Below are positions 1-9,716 of a stretch of 64,000 bases of DNA, in pieces. Source of the stretch: an uncultured delta proteobacterium (GTDB lineage Bacteria; Myxococcota_A; Polyangia; Polyangiales; B10-G4). The translations under genes were made by a program, and so were the position numbers. Under the pieces are notes generated by a model. The model did no database searches. It saw only the letters and a program-made list of their open reading frames with translations, and was not told the DNA's origin. The first letter of the stretch is position 1, and each line of letters opens with the position of its first letter. The stretch is from assembly GCA_963727445.1 (NCBI GenBank), contig CAVSGI010000018.1:1-64000 (forward strand), given 5' to 3'.

Positions 1-1212
1 CGGGTGGCCGGTCTGGAAGACGACCACCTGGTCGCCCGGCCGGATGGTGCCGGCGGCGCAGAGGTCGCGGACGGCGGCCAGGCAGGCGGCGCCCTCGGGG
101 CCGACCAGCATCCCTTCCTCGCGGGCGGCGCGCTCGGTTTCGGCCGCCAGCCGGTCCTCCTCCACCGCCACCGCCACGCCGTCCGTCTCGCGCAGCGCGC
201 GCAGCACCAGGAAGTCGCCGATCGCCTTCGGCACCCGCAGGCCCCACACCGAGGTGCGCACCTCGGGCCACGGCTCCGCCGCCTCCCGGCCCGCCGCGAA
301 GGCGCGCACCAACGGCGCGCAACCGGCCATCTGCACCACCACGAAACGCGGCCGGCGGCCGGCGACGAGGCCGAGGCGCTCGAGCTCGGCGAAGGCCTTG
401 TGCATGCCGACGATGCCGGTGCCGCCGCCGGTCGGGTAGACGATCCAGTCCGGCAGCCGCCAGCCGAGCTGCTCGGCGAGCTCGAGGCCCATCGTCTTCT
501 TGCCCTCGACGCGGTAGGGCTCGCGCAGGGTGGAGAGGTTCCAGAACGGCTCGCCGCCCGCCTCGGCGGCCACCGCGGCCAGCCGGGCGGCGGAGTCGAC
601 CAGGGTGGCGCCGCCGGTGATCACCTGGGCGCCGTGCTGGCGGCAACGGCGCACCACGGTGGCCGGCGTACCGTCGGGGACGGCGACGCGCGCCGGCAGG
701 CCCGCCGCCGCGGCGTAGGCGGTGAGCGCCAGGGCGGCGTTGCCGGCGCTCGGCAGCTCGACCCCGGGAGCCCCCAGCTCGCGGGCGCGGTTGACCGCCA
801 GCGACAGGCCGCGGGCCTTGAACGAGCCGGTCGGGTTGCCGCCCTCCTCCTTGATCAGCACCTCGACCTCCGGCGGCGCGCTGCGGCGCAGCGGGATCAG
901 CGGCGTGCCGCCTTCGCCGAGGTCGATGCGGCGGTCGAAGTCGGCGAGGGGGAGGAGCTCGCGGTAGCGCCACAGGGTCCAGGGACGGGACGGCAGGCGC
1001 TGGCGCAACCGCCGGCCGGCGGCCTCGTCGAGCTCGTAGTCGACCAGCCAGGGGCGGCCGGCCGGCGACAGGAAGGCCGGCTCGTCGAGCGGCGCGGTGT
1101 TGGGAGACCCGGTGTTGGGAGACCCGGTGTCGTCGCTGACCGAGCACACCAACCGGCGGGCCCAGCGCTCGGCCGCCGCGCCGCCGCCCTCCTCGGCGGT
1201 GTCGCCCCGCAT
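1..1212 (-). CDS. thrC: Threonine synthase (PLP-dependent), 3' end runs off the window
   Basis: Missing from the ORF track because there is no stop in the window. Manual translation from ATG 1212 gives LWRYRELLP, LGEGGTPL, NPTGSFKARG (PLP lysine), SAGNAA and REPYRVEGKKTMGLELAEQLGWRLPDWIVYPTGGG. Confidence 0.92.
   Translation of the reverse strand, partial: MRGDTAEEGGGAAAERWARRLVCSVSDDTGSPNTGSPNTAPLDEPAFLSPAGRPWLVDYELDEAAGRRLRQRLPSRPWTLWRYRELLPLADFDRRIDLGEGGTPLIPLRRSAPPEVEVLIKEEGGNPTGSFKARGLSLAVNRARELGAPGVELPSAGNAALALTAYAAAAGLPARVAVPDGTPATVVRRCRQHGAQVITGGATLVDSAARLAAVAAEAGGEPFWNLSTLREPYRVEGKKTMGLELAEQLGWRLPDWIVYPTGGGTGIVGMHKAFAELERLGLVAGRRPRFVVVQMAGCAPLVRAFAAGREAAEPWPEVRTSVWGLRVPKAIGDFLVLRALRETDGVAVAVEEDRLAAETERAAREEGMLVGPEGAACLAAVRDLCAAGTIRPGDQVVVFQTGHP
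1095..1130. repeat. 15-bp tandem repeat (CGGTGTTGGGAGACC x2.4) inside thrC
   Basis: Read directly; in frame, encodes TGSPN-TGSPN-T. Confidence 0.9.
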
Positions 1213-1214
1213 CG

Positions 1215-1955
1215 CTAGTTGGCCGGCTCCGAGTCCGCCTGCTCGGAGGCGGCCTGCTCGACCTTCTGCAGCCGTTCCTGGTAGCGCTTCACCAGCTCGA
1301 TGTTGTGCTCGACGCCCGGCTCCATCTCGTCGCCCTGCTGGGCGTCGGCCGCGTTCTCCTTGTAGTCGGCGATCTGCTGCTCGATCTGGCGCCGCTGGTC
1401 GTCGTCGCTGGCCGCCTGCTTCTGCGCCTCCATGGCGTCGAGGACCTGCTGGTTGACGGCGGCGAATCCGGTCCGCATCTGCTGTCCCATCATCGCCACC
1501 TGGGCCTCCACCACCTGCTGCTTGACCCACTGGAACTCCGCCGCGTTGTAGCCCAGCTCCTTGGCGGCGCGCAGCTCGGCGGTGACCAGGTCGCCGAGGT
1601 CGCCGACGGCGCGCAGGGCGTCGAACAGGCCCGGCTTCTTCGCCTCGTCGCCCTCGTCCTTGCCGGTCCGCTCCTCCATCCGCTTCTGGGCCACCTGGCG
1701 GATCTTCGCCGCCCGCGTCTCCACTTCGAGGTACAGGTCCATCTGCTTCTCGCTCAGCTCGCCGTCGGACGGCGGATCGTACTCGTCCTTGGCGGCCTCC
1801 TCGACGACGTCCATGGTGCCCTTCTGGTCCAGGCGCCGCTCGACGGAGGCCTCGTCGTCGCCGCGGTGGCAGCCGGTGGCGGCGAGCGCGACGACGGCGA
1901 GCAGGGAAAGGCCGAGCAGGACGAAGGGCAGGGGCGGCAGGCGATGACGGCGCAT
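1215..1955 (-). CDS. Hypothetical lipoprotein (helical, Q/E-rich)
   Basis: ATG 1955 follows a GGAGG-like AGGAGGAAG; signal peptide MRRHRL...VVALAATG-C with lipobox. Confidence 0.75.
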   Translation of the reverse strand: MRRHRLPPLPFVLLGLSLLAVVALAATGCHRGDDEASVERRLDQKGTMDVVEEAAKDEYDPPSDGELSEKQMDLYLEVETRAAKIRQVAQKRMEERTGKDEGDEAKKPGLFDALRAVGDLGDLVTAELRAAKELGYNAAEFQWVKQQVVEAQVAMMGQQMRTGFAAVNQQVLDAMEAQKQAASDDDQRRQIEQQIADYKENAADAQQGDEMEPGVEHNIELVKRYQERLQKVEQAASEQADSEPAN

Positions 1956-2025
1956 GAGGGCTTCCTCCTGAAGGGTGTGCATCGGGGCTCGAAACGCTAT
2001 CACGGGCGGGTGCGGCGCCGTCCGG

Positions 2026-3298
2026 TCACGACGGCCGCTCCGCCAGGGCGGCGGCGTAGCCCTCGCGGTAGCGGGCGGCGACCGCGTCCCAGGTCAGGTG
2101 CGCCACCGCGCGGGCGCGGCCCGCGGCGCCCAGCGCGCGGCGCCGCGGGGCGTCGCCGAGCAGGCCGGCGAGGGCGGCGGCGAGGGGCGCGGGCTCCCCC
2201 TCCGGCACCAGGTGGCCGGTCTCCCCCTCGACCACCGCCAGCGGGATGCCCGAGATGTCGCTGGCCACCACCGGCAGCCCGCTGGCCATCGCCTCGAGGA
2301 TGACGTTGGGCAGGCCGTCGACGTTGCCCTTGGCGTCGTGCACCGCCGGCAGCACGAAGAGGTCGGCGGCGCGGAACAGGTCCGGCAGGGTGCCGCGTTT
2401 CACCTCGCCCGGGAAGTGCACGCGCTCGCCGCCGCGCATCGCCGCCGCCCGGCGTTGGTACTCCGCCAGGCGGTCGCCGCCGCCGGCCAGCACCCAGTGG
2501 GCGTCCGGCGCGCCGGCGAGGAGGCCGGGCAGGGCGTCGAGCAGGACGTGGAAGCCCTTCTTGGTCGCCATCCGCCCGAGGCCGAGGACCAGGGGTACCG
2601 ACGGCGGCACGCCGAGGCGCTGGCGCCACGCCGCGGCGCGCTCGCCGGCGCCGGCGTCGCTCTCGGCGAGCGGCGCGAACAGCTCGACGTCGACGCCGTA
2701 GGGGATCACCCGCGAGTCCTCGGCCGGGAAGCCGAGGGCGACCACGCGGTCGACCAGCTCCGGCGAGCAGCCGGTGAGCAGCCGCGCGCGGCGGAGCGCC
2801 CACGCCACCGTCCGCCGCACCCCGGGCCGCTCGGCGAGGAAGACGCCGCTGCCGTGGAGGCCCACCGCCAGCGCCGGCGGCACCTCCCGCCGCCCGGTGG
2901 CCAGCGCAGCCAGCGGCGCGTTGGGCACCACCCAGTGGGCGTGTACCAGGTCGTAGGGCCGGCCGGCGGCGGCGGCGCGGTGCGAGGGCGCTGCGCACCG
3001 CGCGCACCGCGCCGAGGCCGTAGAAGGGAACCATCAGCTTGGCCCCGGCCTTCACCGTCTCGTCCTTCTGCAGGCTGCGCGAGTAGCCCACCACCTCCAG
3101 CCGCTGCGGCGCGTAGCGGAAGCTCTCCACCGCCACGCCGTCGTCGTCCCAGCGCTCGGCCACCCCTTCGGCGTGCGGCGCCAGCACCGTCACCCGGTCG
3201 CCGCCGCGCACCAGGCCGCGGGCGAGGTCGCGGATGAACGGGCCGGCGGTGTCGCCGGCGTACCGCGGGTAGGTCTGGGTGAGGAAGAGGAGGTCCAC
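2026..3298 (-). CDS. Glycosyltransferase family 4 (GT-B), frameshifted near 2,950-2,990
   Basis: N-terminus MDLLFLTQTYPRY...GPFIRDLARGL lies in one frame; C-terminus with KKGF and DGLPNVILEAMASGLPVVASDISG lies in another. Confidence 0.85.
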
Positions 3299-3311
3299 GG
3301 AGCGGGCCGGG

Positions 3312-4302
3312 CTACTCCAGCAGGTCCTTGATCGAGTAGCTGTCTTCGCTGCGGAAGTTCTTGAAGGTGATCATCTCGCCGACCAGGCCGGTGGTCAGCA
3401 CCTGGATGCCGAGCAGCATGAGCAGCACGCCGAGGAGCAGCAGCGGCCGGTCGGACAGCGACTCGCCGCCCAGCCAGAGGATGAACAGGTAGAGGTTGAT
3501 CAGGAAGCCGACGCCGAGGAAGCCGAGCCCGAAGACGCCGAACAGGTGCAGCGGGCGGCGCGTGTACTTGGTGATGAAGAGCACGGTGATGAGATCGAGC
3601 AGGCCCTTGTAGAGCCGGTCCCAGCCGTACTTCGAGCTGCCGTGGAGGCGCGGATGGTGGAGCACCTCGATCTCGCCGACGGCGAAGCCGCGGCGGCTGG
3701 CCAGCACCGGGATGTAGCGGTGCAGCTCGCCGTAGATCGAGATCTGCTCCAGCACCTCGCGGCGGTAGAGCTTGAAGCCGCAGTTGAAGTCGTGGAGCTC
3801 GACGCTGGCCAGGTGGCGGGTGACCCAGTTGAACAGCCGCGACGGCCAGCGCTTCGACACCGGGTCGCGGCGCCGCCGCTTCCAGCCGGACACCAGGTCG
3901 AGCCCCTCGGTTTCGAGCGTGGCGAGGAAACGCGGGATCTCGGCCGGGTCGTCCTGCAGGTCGCCGTCCATGGTCAGCACCAGGCTCGCCGCGCGAGTGG
4001 TCGCGGCCGGCGGACAGCGCCGCCGCCTTGCCGAAGTTGCGGCGCAGGCAGACGAGCTTGACCCGCGGGTCGGCGGCGTGGGCCTCGCGCACCCGGCGGT
4101 CGGTGCCGTCGCGCGAGCCGTCGTCGACGAAGACCAGCTCGAAGCTGCGGCCGGCTTCGTCCATCACCTCGGCGATGCGGCGCGCCAGCTCGAGCACGGT
4201 GTCCGCCTCGTTGTACACCGGCACCAGCACGGTCACCTCCGGCACCTCGCCGGCGGTGGTCGGCGCGGCAGCCGGGCTCGGCGACGGCGTGGCGACGGTC
4301 AC
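3312..4302 (-). CDS. Glycosyltransferase family 2, ArnC/GtrB-like polyprenyl-phosphate GT, frameshifted near 3,985
   Basis: VLVPVYNE, FVDDGSRD and RRNFGKAAAL, then MDGDLQDDP, HDFNCGFKLYR, GELHRYIP and two C-terminal TM helices. Confidence 0.88.
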
Positions 4303-4312
4303 GGCACGATCC

Positions 4313-5662
4313 TCAACGGCCGCCCGCCGCCGACGCGGCGCCGCTGGTGGCGAGGATCTGCTCGGCGGCGGTGCGTCCGCTGCGCATCGAGTGGTCCATG
4401 TTGAAGTACTGCCATTCGCCGAAGCGGCCGGCGGTCCAGATGCCGTGCTCCTTGAGCCAGTCGCGGATCAGCGCCACGTTCTTCGGGTGGTCGAGGTCGT
4501 AGATCACGTAGGCCGGCTCGATGCGCTCGGTGTGCACCAGCTCGATGCGGTCGTCCGGGCGCAGGATCTTCGCCGCCTGGAGCGCCGCCACGGTGCGCTC
4601 CACCGCCTCGTCCTCGGCCAGCGGGCGGACCTCCGAGAAGGCCACCTCGGTGGCGATCGAGCTCTTGCCCGGCGGCGCCGTGTCGGGGCTGAAGTTGGCC
4701 GGGAACGACAGGCGGTGGAAGGGGAAGGTGTCCTCGTAGAAGTACACCCAGTGCTTGTCCGAGATGGCCTCGCGGTCGATCCCCAGGTTGACGCAGTAGA
4801 TGCCCTGCCAGCGCAGGCCGGCGATCGCCCGCTCGACCTCCGGCGGCAGGTGGTCGATGAAGCGCGGCAGGTAGGGCAGCGGCAGGGTGTAGACCAGGTG
4901 CTCGAACGGCACCACCGCGCCGTCGGCGAACACCACCCGGCGCTCCGGCAGCTCGATCTTCACCATCGTCCGGCCGAGGTTGAGCATCGGCTCGACGCGG
5001 CGGCCGAGGGCGCGCGGCAGCGGCTCGATGCCGCCCTGGCGCGGGTACCAGAACTTCGACGTCGCCCCCACCAGCTCGACGTCGGCGGTCAGCGCGCCGC
5101 GCACGATGCGCTCGACCTGCGGCGTCGGCACCCGGCGGCCGATCCACGAGAAGTCCATGGTCGACGGCTCCACCGTCCAGATCTTCTTGGCGTAGGGGAT
5201 CATCAGGTGCTCGGCGATCCCCTGGCCGAAGAAGCCGCGCATCCACTCCTCGTAGTTGGTCGGGTCGAACTCGCCGCGCGCCTGCGCCTCCACCGCCCGC
5301 ACCAGGCCGACCAGGCAGTCCTCGACGATCGGCACCGGCAGCCCGTAGAGGTGGGCCTGGAAGGGGAACTGGGTGTAGAGGTCGTGCGCCTGGTGGTAGA
5401 TCCACGCTTCGCGCTGCTGGGCGTGGAAGTTGTCGCCCAGCAGGTCGCGGATCAGCGCCTCCATCTCCGGGTCGATGGTGAACAGGATGTGCGGGCCGTA
5501 GTCGAACAGGTAGCCGTCCACCTCCTGCGAGCGCGCCAGCCCGCCCACCCGGTCCTCGCGCTCGAAGACCTGCCAGTGGTCCTGTCCGTTCTGCTGGAAG
5601 GTGTAGGCGGCGGTCAGACCCGCCAGCCCCCCTCCCAGGATGACGTCCTGTCGTTCGGGCAT
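4313..5662 (-). CDS. FAD-dependent oxidoreductase (protoporphyrinogen oxidase / UDP-galactopyranose mutase-like)
   Basis: ILGGGLAGL Rossmann motif, VGGLARS, FDYGPH, C-terminal AGRFGEWQYFNMDHS; located in a glycosyltransferase cluster. Confidence 0.8.
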   Translation of the reverse strand: MPERQDVILGGGLAGLTAAYTFQQNGQDHWQVFEREDRVGGLARSQEVDGYLFDYGPHILFTIDPEMEALIRDLLGDNFHAQQREAWIYHQAHDLYTQFPFQAHLYGLPVPIVEDCLVGLVRAVEAQARGEFDPTNYEEWMRGFFGQGIAEHLMIPYAKKIWTVEPSTMDFSWIGRRVPTPQVERIVRGALTADVELVGATSKFWYPRQGGIEPLPRALGRRVEPMLNLGRTMVKIELPERRVVFADGAVVPFEHLVYTLPLPYLPRFIDHLPPEVERAIAGLRWQGIYCVNLGIDREAISDKHWVYFYEDTFPFHRLSFPANFSPDTAPPGKSSIATEVAFSEVRPLAEDEAVERTVAALQAAKILRPDDRIELVHTERIEPAYVIYDLDHPKNVALIRDWLKEHGIWTAGRFGEWQYFNMDHSMRSGRTAAEQILATSGAASAAGGR

Positions 5663-5895
5663 GGAAGCTCTCTCGGTGGTGATCGGCGGCCCGGGCGGCC
5701 GGTTCGGTGGTGGCGCGCACTCCGCCCCGGCATCCGGACACCGCGGCAGCGGCCCATTCTCACCGATCCGGCGGCACGGTGCAAAGGCGAAGGGAAAGGT
5801 GGCTCCGGCGTCACGGAGAGGGTGCAGAATCTGTCCGGCTCCGGGGCGCAACCGGCAGCAAGGACCCAAAAGGCCCCCTGAAAGGAGACACCATC

Positions 5896-7334
5896 ATGTC
5901 ATTCGCCAAGCTCGAGAGGCTCACCCGCTGCTTGCGGCCCTACGCGCCCGTCCTCCTCCTGCTCCTCCTGGCGTGTACCTCCAGCGGCCCGGGAGGACGG
6001 CCGGCGACCGTCGACACCGACTTGAAGCCACCGGTCGCCGAGTCGTGGAGCGCCGAGGACGAGCAGGCCGTCGAGGATCTGGAGGCGGCCTTCGCGGCAC
6101 GATCCGAGGCCGCCGGTGGAACGGTCGAGGCGATGGCGCTGGACACCGCCGCGGTACCGGCGCCCGCATCGGAGCGACCTGCTTCGCATCCACGTCTTCA
6201 ACATCGGCCAGGCTGACTCGATGCTGGTCATCGGTCCGCCGCCGAACCATCGCCACGTTGCTGATCGACCTCGGGGAGCCAACGCGGCGGCTCGAAGCTC
6301 CCGGCCGGGCTGACTTCTAGCGCCGCTCACGTGCTCGAGACCGGATCCACGCCCTCACAGGCCGCCACGACGTCGACTACTTCCTCGCCACCCACTACCA
6401 CAGCGACCACCTCGGGTACGGCAAGAATCGCGCCGACGGCTGGGGCACCGGGATCATCCAGCTCCTCTCCGACTTCGACATCGACTTCTCGGTCGGCACC
6501 TTCATCGACGTCGGCGACGACGGCGCGGCCTACATGGGCCCCGAGTCCAACCGCAAGGTCTACAAGATCATCCGCGAGCGGATGCCGATCTGGGAGCGGT
6601 ACGGCCGCGTCGGGCGGGAGGAGGCGCCGCAGTTCGGCACCGGCCAGATCGACCTCGGCTCCGGCGTCTCGGTCGACGTCCTCGCCTTTGCCGGCAGGGT
6701 TCCCCCCGAGGGCGGTCCCTCCGCCTTCGAGCTGGCCGAGCAGGGGTCGACGGTGCAGAGCGGCGTCGACTACACACACACGCCTGGCGACGAGAACGAC
6801 CTGTCGATCGCGCTGGAGATCACCGGCGGCGAGTTCGAGATGTTCACCGGCGGCGACCTCAACGGCACCGACGATCCGGTCGCCCACCCACTCTACGTGC
6901 TGCGCGACTGGGGGCAGGTGTTCACCAACATCGAGCACCACCTGGTCGACGGCTGGGAGAGCGCTTCGCCGCCGCGCGAGAGCGATGTCGAGATCTACCG
7001 CGCCGACCACCACGGCTCCGCCTTCTCCACCACCGCCCGCCTGCTCGACGCTCTCGACCCCGAATTCATCCTCTACTCGACCGGCGCCGACCACGGCCAT
7101 CCGAGCCGCAACGTAGTGCGGCGCGGCGCCGCCACCGCGCGCCAACTCGCCACCACCGCCGTCCGAGACCCCGCCACCTTCACCGCCAACCGCGGCGAGC
7201 GCGTCGGCGAGATCACCATCGTCGTCGCCGCCGACGGCAGGAGCTACACGATCAACGGCGAGAAGCACCTCGCCTTCACCGATGCCGACGAGGCCGCCGG
7301 CGCCGACGAGGGCGAAGAGGACGCCCAGCACTGA
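5896..7334 (+). CDS. Metallo-beta-lactamase-fold (ComEC/Rec2-like) hydrolase lipoprotein, frameshifted at ~6,170-6,340
   Basis: AGGAG RBS and ATG 5896; lipobox LLLLLAC; across frames HVFNIGQADS, DYFLATHYHSDHLG, ENDLSI, FTGGDL, HHGS and HGHP. Confidence 0.75.
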
Positions 7335-7347
7335 ACGGCTCCTGAGG

Positions 7348-7697
7348 TCACACGTCGCGGCGGGTGAGGACGATGTCGCGCGGGTAGGTCATCGGGCCGA
7401 GGGGGTGGTGATGGTGGGTCGGACGGAGAGCTCAAGGTGCTGCGACTCGGCGCCGCGGCCGGCCAGGCGCAGGGCGAGCGCCACCAGGTCGTCGCGGTTC
7501 TCGCCGTAGAGCTCGAGCAGATCGACGCGGACGTCCAGCGGAATCTCGATCGTCCGCCCGGCGGGCAGCACGATCGGCCGGTTCACCGCGCCGGTGGCCG
7601 CCTGGCGGTCGTTGAGCCGCAGCGTCCAGTCGAGCCGCTCGAGGCGTGCTTCGACACCGTTGGAGCCCGGGTTCTCGGCGCCGACCCGCAAGGTCAA
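7348..7697 (-). CDS. LEA_2-like lipoprotein, C-terminal fragment (5' end lost at the junction)
   Basis: LTLRVGAENP..ARLERLDWTLRLND..IPLDVRVDL..VRPTITTP; one extra C in the homopolymer at ~7,400 restores LGPMTYPRDIVLTRRDV-stop. Confidence 0.6.
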
Positions 7698-8229
7698 GCC
7701 CCACCACATCGGCTTCGCGCTCGCGGGTTACCGTCCGATCACCGCCGACGTCGAGGCCGTAGCGGGGCAGACCACCGATGTCGACGTGGTGCTCGAGCAG
7801 GAGCTTGGCCGTCTGATCGTCCGCTCCACCCCGGAAGGCGCCGAGGTCACGGTGGGCGGTGAGGTGGCGGGCGTCACGCCGCTCACCCTCGCCAATCTGC
7901 CGCGCGAGCGCGTGGAAGTCGCCGTCTCGCTGGACGGCCGCGGACGACATCGCGAGTGGGCGCCCCTCGACGAGGTGGCCTCGTACGAGATCGACGCCAC
8001 CCTCACGGCGCGTCGCGCCTTCGGCGTCTTGAACGTCTCGTCCACGCCCTGGGCACGGGTGAAGGTCGACGGCCGGGTGGTCGCCGAGAGCACGCCCGCC
8101 ACCAACATTCGCCTGCCGGTGGGCCGTCACGCCGTGCTCCTCGAGAACCCGCGCCTGCATCTCAGGGCGCGTCGCTCGGTGAACATTCGCGAGGACGCGC
8201 CCACGCGCCTGGTGGTCGAGCTCCGCTGA
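7698..8229 (+). CDS. PEGA-domain protein, C-terminal fragment (possibly the tail of a Ser/Thr kinase)
   Basis: PEGA repeats GRLIVRSTPEGAEVTVGG..GVTPL and GVLNVSSTPWARVKVDG..GRHAVLLENP; no plausible start codon. Confidence 0.7.
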
Positions 8230-8237
8230 GAGGGTCC

Positions 8238-9716
8238 TCAGGGCAGACGGCAGACGCCGCCGATGCAGCTCTCTGCGCCCTCGCAGAAAGTCTCGCAGTT
8301 GCCGCAATGGTCCGAGTCGCTCTCGAGGTCCACGCAGCCGACGCCGAGGCAACAGGTCCGCCCGTCGCAGGCCCGATCGCCGTTGCAGGTGCAGGCACCG
8401 GCGCGGGTGCAACCGTTCGCCACCGTCAAGCCGGCGCGGTTGCACCACGCCACCGCGTCGAAGTCGGTGTCGTCGAGGATCCCGTCGCAGTCTTCATCGC
8501 CGCCACCACAGGTCTCTTCCATCGGGGTGCAGGTCGGGCCCGCGTCGGCCCCGGTGCCACAGGACGCGTCGCACGAACCGTCGCAGCAGACCTGGTCGCC
8601 CTCACACGCCGTGGTCTCGCCGCAGAGGCAGTCGCCGAGGGTGGTGCTGGCGCATCCGTCGGCGCGCGGTGACGTGGGGGGCCTCCCGGCGTTGCAAGCG
8701 TCCACGGTGCAGGTGGGTGGCGGGCGGTCGCAGGTTCCGCCCACGCATTCGCCGGTGCAAGGCGCGCCGCAACCTCCGCAATGATCGAGGGAGGTGCTGG
8801 TGTCGACGCAGGCACCGTTGCAGCAGACGCCGGTGCTGCACCCCGTCCCCGCTTCGACCTGTACGCACTCGAAGGTGCCGTCCGGGTTGCAGGCCGACGC
8901 CGTGTAGCACTCGTCGCAGGTTCCGGTGCAGCCGCCACAAGCCCCGGGGCGAACACCATCGCAGTTCAGGTCTTCACCGCCACAGGTCTCGGCGATCTCG
9001 GTCACGGGGCAGGTGCCGTCGGTGATCGGATCGAGATAGCCCGGCTGGCAGAGCACCACCGCGCGCCGGCAGTTGCCCAGGAGATCGGCGCCGCCGTCGG
9101 GCGCGCAATCGATCCCATCCTGCTCCCAGGGATAGACCTCCATCCCCTCCATCGGGCTCCGGCACGGCGGGTCTTCGGCCAGGGTGTCCTCGGTCATCGC
9201 CGCGCAGTCGATGGTGGCCGCGCACGCGGGGTGGAACTGCGAAGCGCAGGCGCGTGGATCGCACCACGGGCGGAACATGCGCACGCGCACCCGCTCACCC
9301 GGATCGCTCGTGACCTGACAGCCGGCGAGGAACGCCTCGCCGCTGGCGTCGTAGCCGCGCACCAACACCTGCCACGGTCCGTCCCCCGGCACCGGCAGGT
9401 CGCGCGATCCGAAGCTTCCGTCGGCCGCGCGCTCCAGCGCGACGTTCGCCATGGGCTCGGCCGCTGGCGCGTAGGGGGCGTCGCAATCGGCCTGACCACA
9501 GGCGGTGAGCGCCCATTCGCGAAGCCCGAGGCACGCGCCCGCCGACGGGCTGTGCACGTCGATCTCGATGCGGCTCAGATCGCGCAGCGCGTCACCGTCT
9601 CCCGGCGGCAGCACCAGGTCGATGTCGGTGAAGACCGAGTCGTCGTCGCAGGCCGTGCACAAGACGCTCAGTGCGAGCGCCAAGCACGTTGCCGCGGGCG
9701 ATCCTTCAAGGGCCAT
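8238..9716 (-). CDS. Cys-rich myxobacterial surface lipoprotein
   Basis: Lipobox LCTAC; ETCGGEDLNCDG and ETCGGGDEDCDG putative metal-binding repeats; DxxxxxDHCGxC repeats. Confidence 0.75.
   Translation of the reverse strand: MALEGSPAATCLALALSVLCTACDDDSVFTDIDLVLPPGDGDALRDLSRIEIDVHSPSAGACLGLREWALTACGQADCDAPYAPAAEPMANVALERAADGSFGSRDLPVPGDGPWQVLVRGYDASGEAFLAGCQVTSDPGERVRVRMFRPWCDPRACASQFHPACAATIDCAAMTEDTLAEDPPCRSPMEGMEVYPWEQDGIDCAPDGGADLLGNCRRAVVLCQPGYLDPITDGTCPVTEIAETCGGEDLNCDGVRPGACGGCTGTCDECYTASACNPDGTFECVQVEAGTGCSTGVCCNGACVDTSTSLDHCGGCGAPCTGECVGGTCDRPPPTCTVDACNAGRPPTSPRADGCASTTLGDCLCGETTACEGDQVCCDGSCDASCGTGADAGPTCTPMEETCGGGDEDCDGILDDTDFDAVAWCNRAGLTVANGCTRAGACTCNGDRACDGRTCCLGVGCVDLESDSDHCGNCETFCEGAESCIGGVCRLP

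Noticed and set aside
4..1218. 404-aa plus-strand ORF
   Set aside because: Antisense shadow of thrC; the recognisable motifs are on the minus strand.
5663..5895. Possible riboswitch in the 230-bp divergent spacer
   Set aside because: No recognisable aptamer consensus or convincing stem set by eye.
2000..7420. Programmed frameshifting or phase variation in the glycosyltransferase, MBL and LEA genes
   Set aside because: Indels hit most genes in the block without long slippery tracts; sequencing error is the simpler explanation.
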